Of a DNA stretch of 64,000 nt, positions 7,670 to 17,213 are shown one piece after another (within the stretch, counting starts at the first letter, position 1; every line of letters begins with the position of its first letter). Position numbers and translations under genes: made by a program. This stretch comes from Methanotrichaceae archaeon. Its GTDB lineage: Archaea; Halobacteriota; Methanosarcinia; Methanotrichales; Methanotrichaceae. Below the pieces are notes generated by a model. The model did no database searches and was not told the origin of the DNA. It saw only the letters and a list, made by a program, of their open reading frames with translations. The stretch spans positions 28,802 through 92,801 of the forward strand of contig CAVVKN010000025.1 in NCBI GenBank assembly GCA_963748825.1, in the 5' to 3' direction.

Positions 7670-8362
7670 CTAAATGTAGACCGCTGTTCCCGGCTCCACG
7701 TAGATTATCTTCTGGACTCCTTTCTGGAAAAACATCGTCTTCGGGTAGTTGAATTGACCGTCGTAGACCCGGATATCGTGGTTCCGGTTGCCGACGACAC
7801 GCAGGCTGAACCTTCCATCAAGCAGATCTCCTCCCGTTCCCTCAGTGCCGATGTAATTGCCATCTAGGAATATCTGATACCCTCGCATGCCTTGAGATAC
7901 TATTGTAACTGGTGTATCTCCCGTGGCTACAACTTGTGGCTGAGTAGTTGTATATACGGGAGCAGGAGATTGGATCGCCGAACTTGGTGTGCTCGATATT
8001 GGATACACCCTAAACGATGATTTTGTTTGTGCATAATCCATCGTTTCAGACCAGTTCTTTTGGAATGGGTCCCAATTCATACCAGCTAGAGAATTCAGTC
8101 TGAAGTCCGAATAATAAGGCTGTGGAATATAGGGATATACGCCATATGGTCCTGGATATTTGACCCCACCCGAAGTGTACCAAGGGAAGTATTGAATAGG
8201 AGTATCGAGCCAACGAACCATGCCAGCGATCCCGGGATCTATCCCCGAACGGTCGAAACTTCTAACATATCCTCCTTCCAGCCACTCTTGCCCACATGCT
8301 GTAGCGATTAGCAAGCATACGGTGAAGGCTGTTATACATAGCAATTTAATTCTGGACATCAT
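7670..8362 (-). CDS. Secreted hypothetical protein with PEGA-like beta C-terminal domain
   Basis: Signal peptide, S/T/P linker, GYQIFLDGNYIGTEG. Confidence 0.7.
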   Translation of the reverse strand: MMSRIKLLCITAFTVCLLIATACGQEWLEGGYVRSFDRSGIDPGIAGMVRWLDTPIQYFPWYTSGGVKYPGPYGVYPYIPQPYYSDFRLNSLAGMNWDPFQKNWSETMDYAQTKSSFRVYPISSTPSSAIQSPAPVYTTTQPQVVATGDTPVTIVSQGMRGYQIFLDGNYIGTEGTGGDLLDGRFSLRVVGNRNHDIRVYDGQFNYPKTMFFQKGVQKIIYVEPGTAVYI

Positions 8363-8547
8363 ATGATTTCACAAAAAATTATTGGCTCTAATGGAATTTA
8401 ACACTACCGATAATCTTATTAAATTATTTTGTACCATTTAGAAACATATATCTCCAATAGTTGAATGCCTTCACAGGATGAAAACCAAAGAATGTACACA
8501 TTTACCATGTATATTTTTATAGAGGAATTGCAGACTTTTTAGGTATT

Positions 8548-8763
8548 ATGACAGAACCTACAGTTGAATCCATTTTTGGCGTGAATGCCGGTATCGTCTG
8601 GAAAACACTCAATCAGAATGGTCCAAGCAACATTGGCGATCTTGTGAAAACTACATCCATGAGCCGTGAAGAAATCTATGGTGCTCTTGGGTGGCTCGGT
8701 CGCGAGAACAAGATTACCGCGGAAAGACGCGGACGGGCAATGGTCTTCTCATTGATCCAATAG
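8548..8763 (+). CDS. Winged-helix protein (DUF2582-like), paralogue of 6197
   Basis: Near-identical DNA core with 6197-6400. Confidence 0.8.
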   Translation: MTEPTVESIFGVNAGIVWKTLNQNGPSNIGDLVKTTSMSREEIYGALGWLGRENKITAERRGRAMVFSLIQ

Positions 8764-8801
8764 ATTCGGATATAATCTGACTTGAAATCGAGGATAAAAG
8801 A

Positions 8802-9356
8802 ATGATCCATCCATTACGCATCTGTCCTTGGTGGCTTGCACGAGCTTTAGATAACCCAATTCGTAAGCTCATCCACAATCCAAAAAAGATCCTCAGCAGG
8901 TACATAGAAAGAGGTGAGACAGTTCTTGATATCGGATGTGGATCAGGAACTTTCACGATTTCAATGGCGAAAATGGTTGGAGAGAATGGCAAAGTCATAG
9001 CTGTAGATATCCAGGACGAAATGCTCCAAATCGTGAGACAGAAGGCGGCCAAGGAAGGTCTGGAATCCCGCATAATCACCCTTAAGAGTGAGCCAAAACG
9101 AATAGGGATAGCAGAAAAGGTTGACTTTGCCTTGGCTTTCTATATGGTCCATGAAATGCCAGATGTAGAGGCTTTTCTCAAGGAGATTGCCACCATTCTC
9201 AAACCCAACGGTGAGCTACTAATCGTTGAGCCTATGCTTCATGTTTCAGCATCATCGTTCAAGAAGACGTTGGAGGCTGCTCAGTTGGCGGGATTGAAGC
9301 AGACCTCTGGGCCTACGATACGATTCAGCAGGAGTATGCTGTTTCAATTGGCCTGA
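8802..9356 (+). CDS. Class I SAM-dependent methyltransferase
   Basis: VLDIGCGSG motif I, VIAVDIQ. Confidence 0.9.
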   Translation: MIHPLRICPWWLARALDNPIRKLIHNPKKILSRYIERGETVLDIGCGSGTFTISMAKMVGENGKVIAVDIQDEMLQIVRQKAAKEGLESRIITLKSEPKRIGIAEKVDFALAFYMVHEMPDVEAFLKEIATILKPNGELLIVEPMLHVSASSFKKTLEAAQLAGLKQTSGPTIRFSRSMLFQLA

Positions 9357-9433
9357 GGATGTGGGTATCATCATGACACTAATACAATTAAAGGCAGTTA
9401 AAAGCAAAAATCGATATCTAAAGGTTTATTAGG

Positions 9434-9518
9434 TGCGGGGGATGGGATTCGAACCCACGAACACCTTCGTGACTGGACCCTGAATCCAGCGCCTTTGACC
9501 TGGCTTGGCAACCCCCGC
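9434..9518 (-). tRNA. tRNA-Leu (anticodon CAG)
   Basis: Minus strand GCGGGGGTTGCCAAGCCAGGTCAAAGGCG CTGGA-TTCAGGG-TCCAG, long variable arm, GTGGGTTCGAATCCCAT CCCCCGCA; CCA not encoded. Confidence 0.96.
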
Positions 9519-9697
9519 AAAAGATGCAGCCAATCTCATGCAGTAGTAGTATTTAACAGTATTCGTAAGGACCGCCGGGCATCCGCCGAGGAGTCTTTCG
9601 CTCCATCGGTCTGCAGCCTGGTCTTTTCAGCTTCCTCGCGGTCTCGAATGGCCGGGTTTGAAGTCTGCTCACCATAAATCAATGTCTTTTAGCAGTA

Positions 9698-9752
9698 CTC
9701 TGTGCGCTCTGCGACTCTGCGTTTTTATTATCAACCACTAATTATTAGCAGC
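9698..9752. repeat. Solo degenerate copy of the E motif plus inverted core remnant
   Basis: CTCTGTGCGCTCTGCGACTCTGCGTTTTTATTATCAACCACTAATTATTAGCAGC resembles 2313-2380 and the reverse complement of 2528-2562. Confidence 0.6.
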
Positions 9753-9909
9753 CATGCGCGGCTCCTGGCTCCTGGACGCGGCAGGCAACATCGTTGCCGA
9801 GCCAGAGAAATTGAACAAAGAAAAGCTAGCCAGGAGACCAAAGGCTTCCTGGGCCAGCTAATTGCATATTATTGCAGGATAATGAAAATGACGTCTTTCG
9901 CCCAATCGC

Positions 9910-10812
9910 TCAGCTTTTGACTGCCAGCATCCTCTCAATCGACCGGCGCGCCCTCACCGCAATCTCCTCCGGCACCGTGACCTGCGGTTGCAGGGTCTGC
10001 AGCGCTCGCAAGACATTGACCAGATCGGTCTTCTTCATATTCTGGCAGATGGCATTCTTGCTCAGTGGATAAAACTCCTTCTCAGGATTCTCCTTCTTCA
10101 GCCGATAGATCATGCCCGCCTCCGTGCCGATTATAAACTCCCTGGCAGCGCTGGCTTTAGCATGTTTGCCCATTCCGGCTGTGCTGTAGGTGAAATCGGC
10201 CTGATCGATGACCTCTGGCCGGCACTCCGGGTGCACCAGCACCTCCGCATTTGGATGCTCCGCCCGGGCGGCCCTCACCTCTTCTGCTGTGAGGTTATCG
10301 TGAACATAGCAGTAGCCGTTCCAGGGAATGATCTTCTTCTCGGTATGGCGGGCCACGTAGGCGGCCAGATTCCTGTCCGGGACAAAGATGACCTCCTTCT
10401 CGGACAGTGAGTTTACCACTTGCACACCATTGGCGGAAGTGCAACAAACATCGCTCTCCGCTTTTATCTCAGCCGTGGAGTTTACGTAGCAAACGACGGC
10501 AGCTTCCGGATGGAGGTTTTTGAGATCGCAAAGCTGTTCGGGCGTGATCATGTGGGCCATAGGACACCAGGCACCCTTCACAGGCAAAATGACCTTTTTT
10601 TGCGGGGAGAGAATGGCCGCGGTCTCAGCCATGAAGTCCACTCCACAAAAGATAATGACCTCCGAATCCAGGCGGGCTGCTGCGCGGGAGAGCTCCAGGG
10701 AATCGCCCACCAGGTCGGCTACATCCTGCACTTCGGGCATCTGGTAGTTATGGGCCAGAATGGTCGCCTGGCGTTCCTCTTTTAAAGCGAGAATATCTTT
10801 TGTCATAGTCAT
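9910..10812 (-). CDS. nadA: Quinolinate synthase
   Basis: ILAHNYQ..GDSLELS..FCGVDFMAETA..CPMA..VHPEC..C.NMKK. Confidence 0.96.
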   Translation of the reverse strand: MTMTKDILALKEERQATILAHNYQMPEVQDVADLVGDSLELSRAAARLDSEVIIFCGVDFMAETAAILSPQKKVILPVKGAWCPMAHMITPEQLCDLKNLHPEAAVVCYVNSTAEIKAESDVCCTSANGVQVVNSLSEKEVIFVPDRNLAAYVARHTEKKIIPWNGYCYVHDNLTAEEVRAARAEHPNAEVLVHPECRPEVIDQADFTYSTAGMGKHAKASAAREFIIGTEAGMIYRLKKENPEKEFYPLSKNAICQNMKKTDLVNVLRALQTLQPQVTVPEEIAVRARRSIERMLAVKS

Positions 10813-10929
10813 AGAATTGGCACAATTGTCTGAGAAACTATTATTTCAACCTTTTTAAATAGGTAAGCTTAATAGTATTATCTTAATTAAAGCAAAATTG
10901 ATTTAGATGTTGATTGGATGAGCCCACAC

Positions 10930-11214
10930 TCATCCACCGATGGCCGCGGGAAAAAGGGCCACTTCACTCCCTTCGACCAGGAAAGTCTGCAAACCTCGCA
11001 GGTTGGAGATGTTCTTGCCCGCCACAAAAACATTTACGTCCTCCCGCAAATCCTCGCCGCTAAATAACAGTGGGCGAAGGGCAGGACGAGAGGCACAGAG
11101 TGCTTCCAATAGGTCCAATACAGTCATATCCCTTGCTTCTTCTCCCAGCTCGACCTGCATTTCCTTTCCTAGAACATGGCGAAAGCCGGCAAAAGAGATG
11201 ACTTTAACTTTCAT
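10930..11214 (-). CDS. MoaD/ThiS-family ubiquitin-like sulfur carrier (SAMP-like)
   Basis: MKVKVISFAGFR...EVALFPAAIGG with C-terminal GG. Confidence 0.9.
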   Translation of the reverse strand: MKVKVISFAGFRHVLGKEMQVELGEEARDMTVLDLLEALCASRPALRPLLFSGEDLREDVNVFVAGKNISNLRGLQTFLVEGSEVALFPAAIGG

Positions 11215-11866
11215 CTGCCATTCTCCGAACTTGCTCCAGGGCCTGCAATGCATCCTCCATCTTGAAGTCCCGCTTCTCCCTGGCCAAGAATTCGCGAAAA
11301 CGCTGCAACTCTTTTTCCGCCACCATTGCTCCTGCATCCGAAAGCATGCGCTCATAGGTCCTTTCTGGAAAGTATCGGGCCTCTGCGCAATGAAAGAGCC
11401 GATCTTTGCAGGAAGCGCTAATTACACCCATCTGCCAGGCTAAATCCAAATTGAAGCGAATGTTCACCAGCGGCTCGGACCTGGGCTCCCAGGAGAAAGG
11501 ATCAAAGATGAGAGCCACTTCGTCATCCGAGACCAGATGGCCACTCTTGTAAGCCTGGTAAATTTTGCCTATGCCCTCCATGCCGTAAATGTCCAGCTCC
11601 GCGGCACGCAAGGCTCCCATGCTGGAGGCGCCCAAGACCTTTGCCCCCGTCTCCAAGGCATAGATTACCTCCTTATGAGCCACGGAGCATTCCTGAAAGA
11701 AGACGCCATCGATGAGCAGAATGATCCCTGCTCCCTCCTTGGCTGCCAGATAGATGTCTCCTCTCTTAGCGGGAGGCCGGAAGTCTGCCTCTAAAATCTG
11801 CTGCGCCCTAGCTCTGGAGAGGCTTGGCCCTAGGAAGACGACTATTCCTGGCATTTCTGCGGGCAT
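11204..11866 (-). CDS. tfuA: TfuA (McrA glycine thioamidation partner)
   Basis: VVFLGPSL..PPAKRGDI..IDGVFFQ..HKEV..GASSMGALRAAEL..DDEVAL. Confidence 0.93.
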   Translation of the reverse strand: MPAEMPGIVVFLGPSLSRARAQQILEADFRPPAKRGDIYLAAKEGAGIILLIDGVFFQECSVAHKEVIYALETGAKVLGASSMGALRAAELDIYGMEGIGKIYQAYKSGHLVSDDEVALIFDPFSWEPRSEPLVNIRFNLDLAWQMGVISASCKDRLFHCAEARYFPERTYERMLSDAGAMVAEKELQRFREFLAREKRDFKMEDALQALEQVRRMADES

Positions 11867-13031
11867 CTTTGCACCTTTTTCCCACCCTTTCCGGATCCAC
11901 GGCCGCGATCTCAAGTCCTGGCACAATCACCCTGACCACAGGAATGCCTATCTCCTCGCGAGACAGGTCAACTACCACTACGCGATCGAGGCCAGCCTCT
12001 TCCAGCTTCTTTAGCATATATCTTATGTCCAGCAGGAAGTCATCGCTCTCAAAGGACGCAATATCAGCAAAGCTCTTCGTGTCGGTTGCTTCAAACCAGT
12101 GCTTGTTAAGCCTCTTGGTCCTGTCGTAGCCGATCTGCTTCCTAAAATCGGCAAGTACTGTATCCTCTCTCGCCCCGTGGATCTGGGTGAGGCGGCTTTG
12201 CGCCACCTCAGTGAGGGCGCGAAGCACTGCCACGCCGGCACTGGTGTGTGTGCCCATGCCCGTGGTGAGAAGGGTTGGATCGCGCAGCCGCACATCATCG
12301 GCCGCGGCCGCGCAGGTTGGAACGCCAATGTCGCTGGTGATATCTCTAAGATAGACATCCACCTCGGCTGCCGCGAATTTATCGAGGAGTCCTTTTGCCG
12401 GGTCGTCCTCCACATCACTGATTATGGGGCAGACTTTGCGCGTCGCCTCCACCAGGGCCCAGGCATCTCTTTCTATAACCTCGGCCAGGCCGTGGAATAT
12501 TGCCTCTTCAATCACATTGCCCGAGGCCAAACCACTGGTATTGGTGCGAAAGAGGCGTTTATAATCGGATGGCAGGGGATGAAAAACCGCATTTGCCGGA
12601 ATTAAAATCTCCTCATCGTTCATTATGTCCCAGCCTGTAGTCCAGGGTATCATAGCATCCGGCTCCGCACCCGCGGGCAAGATCAACTCGCTTGGGTCCA
12701 GCGCCCCGTCTAAATGGGAGAAGCAGTCGATTTTGAGCTCTCTGTCTCGCACCTCAGCCGAGTAGCGCTCCAGGCCCTCCATCATGGCCGATACTTTGGC
12801 CTCGGTGGGTGTAGCTCCTTTTCCGTTGTAGACGGAAATGGCACCTCGATCGGCCATGGGCCGGATGGAAGAGAAGACGGGGATACCGATTCGGTCCAGG
12901 TTGGTTATGTCCGCCACTCTGGTGATCCCAGCGGCGGGCAATTTGGCCTCGGCGCGCTTTAGCGTCTCCTCTGGTGGCAGAGCCCGGTGGGTATCGTCTT
13001 TGTATTTTTTTATGCAGGACGCTAGTCTCAT
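11808..13031 (-). CDS. ycaO: YcaO McrA glycine thioamidation enzyme
   Basis: GITRVADITNLDRIGIPV..YNGKGAT..MEGLERYS..GLASGN..EVIERDA..PVVRVIVPGLE. Confidence 0.95.
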   Translation of the reverse strand: MRLASCIKKYKDDTHRALPPEETLKRAEAKLPAAGITRVADITNLDRIGIPVFSSIRPMADRGAISVYNGKGATPTEAKVSAMMEGLERYSAEVRDRELKIDCFSHLDGALDPSELILPAGAEPDAMIPWTTGWDIMNDEEILIPANAVFHPLPSDYKRLFRTNTSGLASGNVIEEAIFHGLAEVIERDAWALVEATRKVCPIISDVEDDPAKGLLDKFAAAEVDVYLRDITSDIGVPTCAAAADDVRLRDPTLLTTGMGTHTSAGVAVLRALTEVAQSRLTQIHGAREDTVLADFRKQIGYDRTKRLNKHWFEATDTKSFADIASFESDDFLLDIRYMLKKLEEAGLDRVVVVDLSREEIGIPVVRVIVPGLEIAAVDPERVGKRCKDARRNARNSRLPRAKPLQS

Positions 13032-13070
13032 TGCCTGGGCTAAGGGCAGCGATGGAATATAAACTCTGCT

Positions 13071-13487
13071 TCAAAGGAAGGGCAATTTGTCCTTCTTTCG
13101 GTAAGCCAGGGCCTGGCAGGTCGCGATCAATCGCCCGTCTTCGCCGGTTACAGAAATCTGGCAGGCTGAGATCTTTCGAGAGCGATTGACCTCGCGCCCT
13201 TCGGCCTGCAACATCTCTCCGACAAGAGGTGCGCTGAGGTAATTCATATTCACGCCCAAGGCCACAGCTACGGTGCCGTGCGAGTTGACGGTCAGCTCGA
13301 AGGCGGCATCCACCAGCGAATAGATGGCGCCGCCATGGGTCATGCCAAAGAGGTTGTTCATATTCTCAGTAGTACTCATCTTGAGAAGAGCGCGGCCCGC
13401 CTCAAGTTCTACAATCCTGATGCCGAAAATCTTGGCATAAGGCTCCTCTTCAAAGTTCTTCTCTAAAGCTGCCAGACATTGGTCCAA
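13071..13487 (-). CDS. PaaI-family hotdog thioesterase
   Basis: NLFGMTHGGAIYSLVDAAF. Confidence 0.9.
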   Translation of the reverse strand: MDQCLAALEKNFEEEPYAKIFGIRIVELEAGRALLKMSTTENMNNLFGMTHGGAIYSLVDAAFELTVNSHGTVAVALGVNMNYLSAPLVGEMLQAEGREVNRSRKISACQISVTGEDGRLIATCQALAYRKKDKLPFL

Positions 13488-13554
13488 AGCATCATTCCTC
13501 TCCTGGGATTATTCACGAAACGGTTATATCTGCTCCGCTCGATCTAGTAGCTAC

Positions 13555-14058
13555 ATGCCCAGCTCCTCAGGCAATAGGCCGGAGCCGGTCTCTATTGAGG
13601 TGAGCGGCTCTGCGGTATCCATTGTTCTCACCCAGGGCACCATCAATATCTGGTTCGGAAGAAAATTAGATAAGTCACTCATCGCCAAGATTCTCTTGAT
13701 TATCTCCAAGGTCGATGGAACCGCGGAGCATGAGAAGGAGGTCTTATGCCCTTTCGAGGAGATCAGCGAGTTTGAGAACAATGGCTACATCCTCACCTCC
13801 TACGCCCGCAAGAAAGAGAAGTACAGGGCCATATTTGTGGTTCCGTTCTCCAATACCCGGGCGCTGGAGATGTTTATGGAGTCTATCTCCCAGGAGACGG
13901 AGAAAGAGGACGTTAAGATCACCCTCTACTGGAGGGGTGGCAGAATCAGAATGAATCTTATGAAAGAGGAGCTGTCCAGGCTCAATTGCTTTGGCAAACA
14001 AAATGCAGTTTATAAGGATGAGCCGGTGGGAGCTGTTGGCAGGAGGGAGGAGCCATGA
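13555..14058 (+). CDS. Hypothetical protein
   Basis: 167-aa ORF, 4-bp overlap with the aminotransferase gene. Confidence 0.7.
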   Translation: MPSSSGNRPEPVSIEVSGSAVSIVLTQGTINIWFGRKLDKSLIAKILLIISKVDGTAEHEKEVLCPFEEISEFENNGYILTSYARKKEKYRAIFVVPFSNTRALEMFMESISQETEKEDVKITLYWRGGRIRMNLMKEELSRLNCFGKQNAVYKDEPVGAVGRREEP

Positions 14059-15158
14059 AATTTGCAAGCTGCACGGAAAAGATTGAGATATCAAGCATAA
14101 GGAAATGTTTTGAGGGAGCGGCCCTCGGGTCCGTGAATTTGGGACTGGGCCAACCCGACTTCGACACGCCGGAGCATATCAAGAAGGCGGCCATTGTGGC
14201 TATTGAAAAGGGGTTGTGCGGCTACACTCCCAACTGCGGAGTGCCGGCCCTTCGCAGTGCCCTCGCGGATAAGTTTTGCTCTGAGAACCGGATCGAGTGC
14301 ACGCCGGAGGAGATCATGGTGACCAGCGGGGCCAGCGAGGCTCTCTTCCTGGTTATAGCCGCGCTGGTAGACCGGGGCGAGGAGGTCCTGATAGGCGATC
14401 CTAGCTTCCTGTCCTATGCCGAACTGACCAAGCTGGTAGGCGGCAGGCCTGTGAGCGTCCCTCTCGATGATAGCCTGAGGCTTGCTCCGGAGGCCATAGA
14501 GGAGAGGATAACAGACAAGACCCGGCTGATAATAGTCAATTCGCCCGCCAATCCCACGGGATCGGTGGCAACGCCTCAGCAGATGCGCGCCATCGCCGAA
14601 ATTGCTGAAGACAGAGGCATCGCTGTGCTCTCCGATGAGGTCTATGAACATTTCATCTACAAAGGAGAACATGTCAGCCCAGGCCAGTTCTCGGACAACG
14701 TTATCACCGTTAATGCCGTCTCCAAGACCTATGCCATGACCGGCTGGAGGCTGGGCTATCTGGTGGCTAAAGGCGGCGCACTGGAGCAACTGCTCAAGAT
14801 TCACCAGTATGTTCAGGCCTGCGCCAGTTCCATCTCTCAGGCCGCTGCCCTGGAGGCCATCACCGGGCCGCAGGACTGCGTGGCCTGGATGAGGGACGAA
14901 TTCAAAGCTCGCCGGGATCTGCTGGTAAATGGCTTCCGGGAGATGGGCGTGGATATCATTGAGCCGGAGGGCGCATTCTATCTCTTTCCCCGGGTGGGAG
15001 ACGGAGACGCTGTCGCTGCCCGCTTAGGCAAAGCAGGAGTCATTGTCGTTCCCGGATCGGCCTTTGGGCCGGGCGGAAAAGAGCACATCAGAATCTCTTA
15101 TGCTGCGGCGCGCTCTCAGCTTGAGGAAGCAATGCGGCGCATGAAAGACATCCTTTAA
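14055..15158 (+). CDS. Class I PLP aminotransferase (aspartate aminotransferase-like)
   Basis: LGQPDFDTP, NSPANPTG, SDEVYE, SKTYAMTGWRLG. Confidence 0.95.
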   Translation: MKFASCTEKIEISSIRKCFEGAALGSVNLGLGQPDFDTPEHIKKAAIVAIEKGLCGYTPNCGVPALRSALADKFCSENRIECTPEEIMVTSGASEALFLVIAALVDRGEEVLIGDPSFLSYAELTKLVGGRPVSVPLDDSLRLAPEAIEERITDKTRLIIVNSPANPTGSVATPQQMRAIAEIAEDRGIAVLSDEVYEHFIYKGEHVSPGQFSDNVITVNAVSKTYAMTGWRLGYLVAKGGALEQLLKIHQYVQACASSISQAAALEAITGPQDCVAWMRDEFKARRDLLVNGFREMGVDIIEPEGAFYLFPRVGDGDAVAARLGKAGVIVVPGSAFGPGGKEHIRISYAAARSQLEEAMRRMKDIL

Positions 15159-15193
15159 ATAGGAGAGTTGCATTCGTCGCTAGGAGTGATGAA

Positions 15194-15580
15194 ATGAAGG
15201 AGCAGGTTGAGGTCAGAGAGCTGAAAGAAGGAAGATACGTTATCATCGACGAAGAGCCCTGCATAATCAGAAGCATATCCCATTCCAAGCCCGGGAAACA
15301 CGGCAGTGCCAAGGCCAGGGTGGACGCAATAGGCATCTTCGACAACCAGAAGAAATCCATCGTTCAGCCGGTTACCACCAAGATTTATGTGCCCAACGTG
15401 GAGCGCAAAACGGGCCAGGTTCTATCGATCGGCGACACCTCGGTGCAGCTCATGGACCTGGGGAGCTACGCCACAGTCGACGTTCCCATAACAGCGGATC
15501 AGAAGGATAAGATCGAGGAAGGAAAAGAGGTCCCCTATCTCTTCGTCATGGGCAGGAGCAAGCTGGACCTGCGACAATAA
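15194..15580 (+). CDS. eif5a: Translation factor aIF5A
   Basis: SKPGKHGSAK hypusination loop. Confidence 0.97.
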   Translation: MKEQVEVRELKEGRYVIIDEEPCIIRSISHSKPGKHGSAKARVDAIGIFDNQKKSIVQPVTTKIYVPNVERKTGQVLSIGDTSVQLMDLGSYATVDVPITADQKDKIEEGKEVPYLFVMGRSKLDLRQ

Positions 15581-15601
15581 ACCTTTTTTTAAATCCATAA
15601 C

Positions 15602-16489
15602 ATGTTCCAAAGGTGCGGCTTTGCCGACGCCGACGCAAAATTGCAGGATGCAGACTATGTAATAGTAGGACTGCCCTTCGACTGCACCGCGTCTTTTCGC
15701 TCCGGTTCGCGAGAGGGGCCAGATGCCATCCGTCTTGCCTCTTTTAACTTCGAGAGCTATAACCACTATTACGATGTGGATCTGGCAGAGCTAGCCATCT
15801 GCGATCTGGGCAATATGGAGCTGGGCGCAGACCCCTGCTACGCAGACGCGACCATAAAAGATGGCATCGCCCTTTTGCCCAAAAGTGCTATTCCCATCTT
15901 TTTAGGTGGAGAGCATTCCATTACGCCACCCATTGTGGAGAGCCTCGCTCGGCGGAGCCCTCAAGGCGCGCTTGGCGTGTTGGTACTGGATGCGCACCTG
16001 GACCTGCGCGAGGAGTACGGTTGCACCAGGTACAGCCACGCCTGCGCCAGCCGGAGAATCCTGGAGAAGAAGGGCATCAGCGCCTACGCCTCCATCGGCA
16101 TTCGCAGCGGCTGTAAAGAGGAGTTTTCCTTCGCGAAGGAGAACGGTATTTCGTACATTACTGCCCTTGATGTGAAAGAGAAGGGCATCGATTATGTGCT
16201 GGACCTGGCTTTAGAGAGCTTGAATTGCGAGCGGCTCTACCTGTCCATCGATCTGGATGCCCTCGATCCCGCATTTGCGCCGGCAGTGGGCAACCCGGAG
16301 CCCTTTGGCCTCACCTCTTGGGACGTGAAGAGAGTAATTGAGCGGACGGCCCCGCGGGCAGTGGGATTGGACATAAACGAGTTGACCCCTGCCTATGATC
16401 GCGGCGAGACGGCGCTCCTGGCGGCAAGGCTGGCGCGGGAGTTTATAGCGGCAAAAGCAAAACATCAAAAGCCAATCGATAAAGATTAG
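15602..16489 (+). CDS. speB: Agmatinase
   Basis: GGEHSIT, LDAHLDLR, SIDLDALDPAFAPAVGNPEPFG. Confidence 0.93.
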   Translation: MFQRCGFADADAKLQDADYVIVGLPFDCTASFRSGSREGPDAIRLASFNFESYNHYYDVDLAELAICDLGNMELGADPCYADATIKDGIALLPKSAIPIFLGGEHSITPPIVESLARRSPQGALGVLVLDAHLDLREEYGCTRYSHACASRRILEKKGISAYASIGIRSGCKEEFSFAKENGISYITALDVKEKGIDYVLDLALESLNCERLYLSIDLDALDPAFAPAVGNPEPFGLTSWDVKRVIERTAPRAVGLDINELTPAYDRGETALLAARLAREFIAAKAKHQKPIDKD

Positions 16490-16563
16490 TTGCCAATACG
16501 ATTTTCTAGAATTAAAATGATCTGACGATAATAAATTTAACCGATTGAAAAAGGAGGCGCAAG

Positions 16564-16983
16564 ATGTCAGGAAAATTGATGGAGTATTTCAACAAGCAGC
16601 CGAGGCAGGGCGTCATAAGCACATCGAGCAAGGATGGGCGGGTGGATTGTGCCGTTTACGGCTCTCCGCAGATGATCGACGAAAAGACAGTCATAGTGGC
16701 ATTTGCCAGGGGCCGCACCTTTGCCAATCTGGAGGAAAATCCCAATGCCGTGTTCATGATAATGGAGCCGGGAGCGGGAATCCTTGATTGGAAAGGAATC
16801 CGGGTTTATCTGAAGATGTTGGAATTCGCCACCTCGGGGCCCAAGCTGGAGAACTACAAGAGCCAGATGGCCAAGATTGTGGGCGAGCAGGCAGCGGGGA
16901 TGATTGCCGTGCTGGCTACCTTCGAGGTAACGGAAGTCCGGCCTCTGATCGACTTTGGGCAGGGCTGGGAGAAGGCGATCTGA
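16564..16983 (+). CDS. Pyridoxamine 5'-phosphate oxidase-like FMN-binding protein
   Basis: ISTSSKDG..RTFANLEENPNAVF..KGIRVYL. Confidence 0.85.
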   Translation: MSGKLMEYFNKQPRQGVISTSSKDGRVDCAVYGSPQMIDEKTVIVAFARGRTFANLEENPNAVFMIMEPGAGILDWKGIRVYLKMLEFATSGPKLENYKSQMAKIVGEQAAGMIAVLATFEVTEVRPLIDFGQGWEKAI

Positions 16984-17213
16984 AAACTGGTGCAGCCTAC
17001 GCCAAGCCGGATATTGAGGCCTGCCGGAAGATTCTTGGATCGACTTCGACAGTTGGCTAAACCAATATCGTCATATAGTAATACACGAATGGCGAAATAG
17101 GGTTCTGAGACTGTATGCGATAGACTCGCAAAAGAGTGTTCCTGGTTCTCCCAAGTCAAGGGGTTTGCCTGGGAGCGCAGGGCGCTTACAAGTCGGATCC
17201 GGGACAGATCGAG

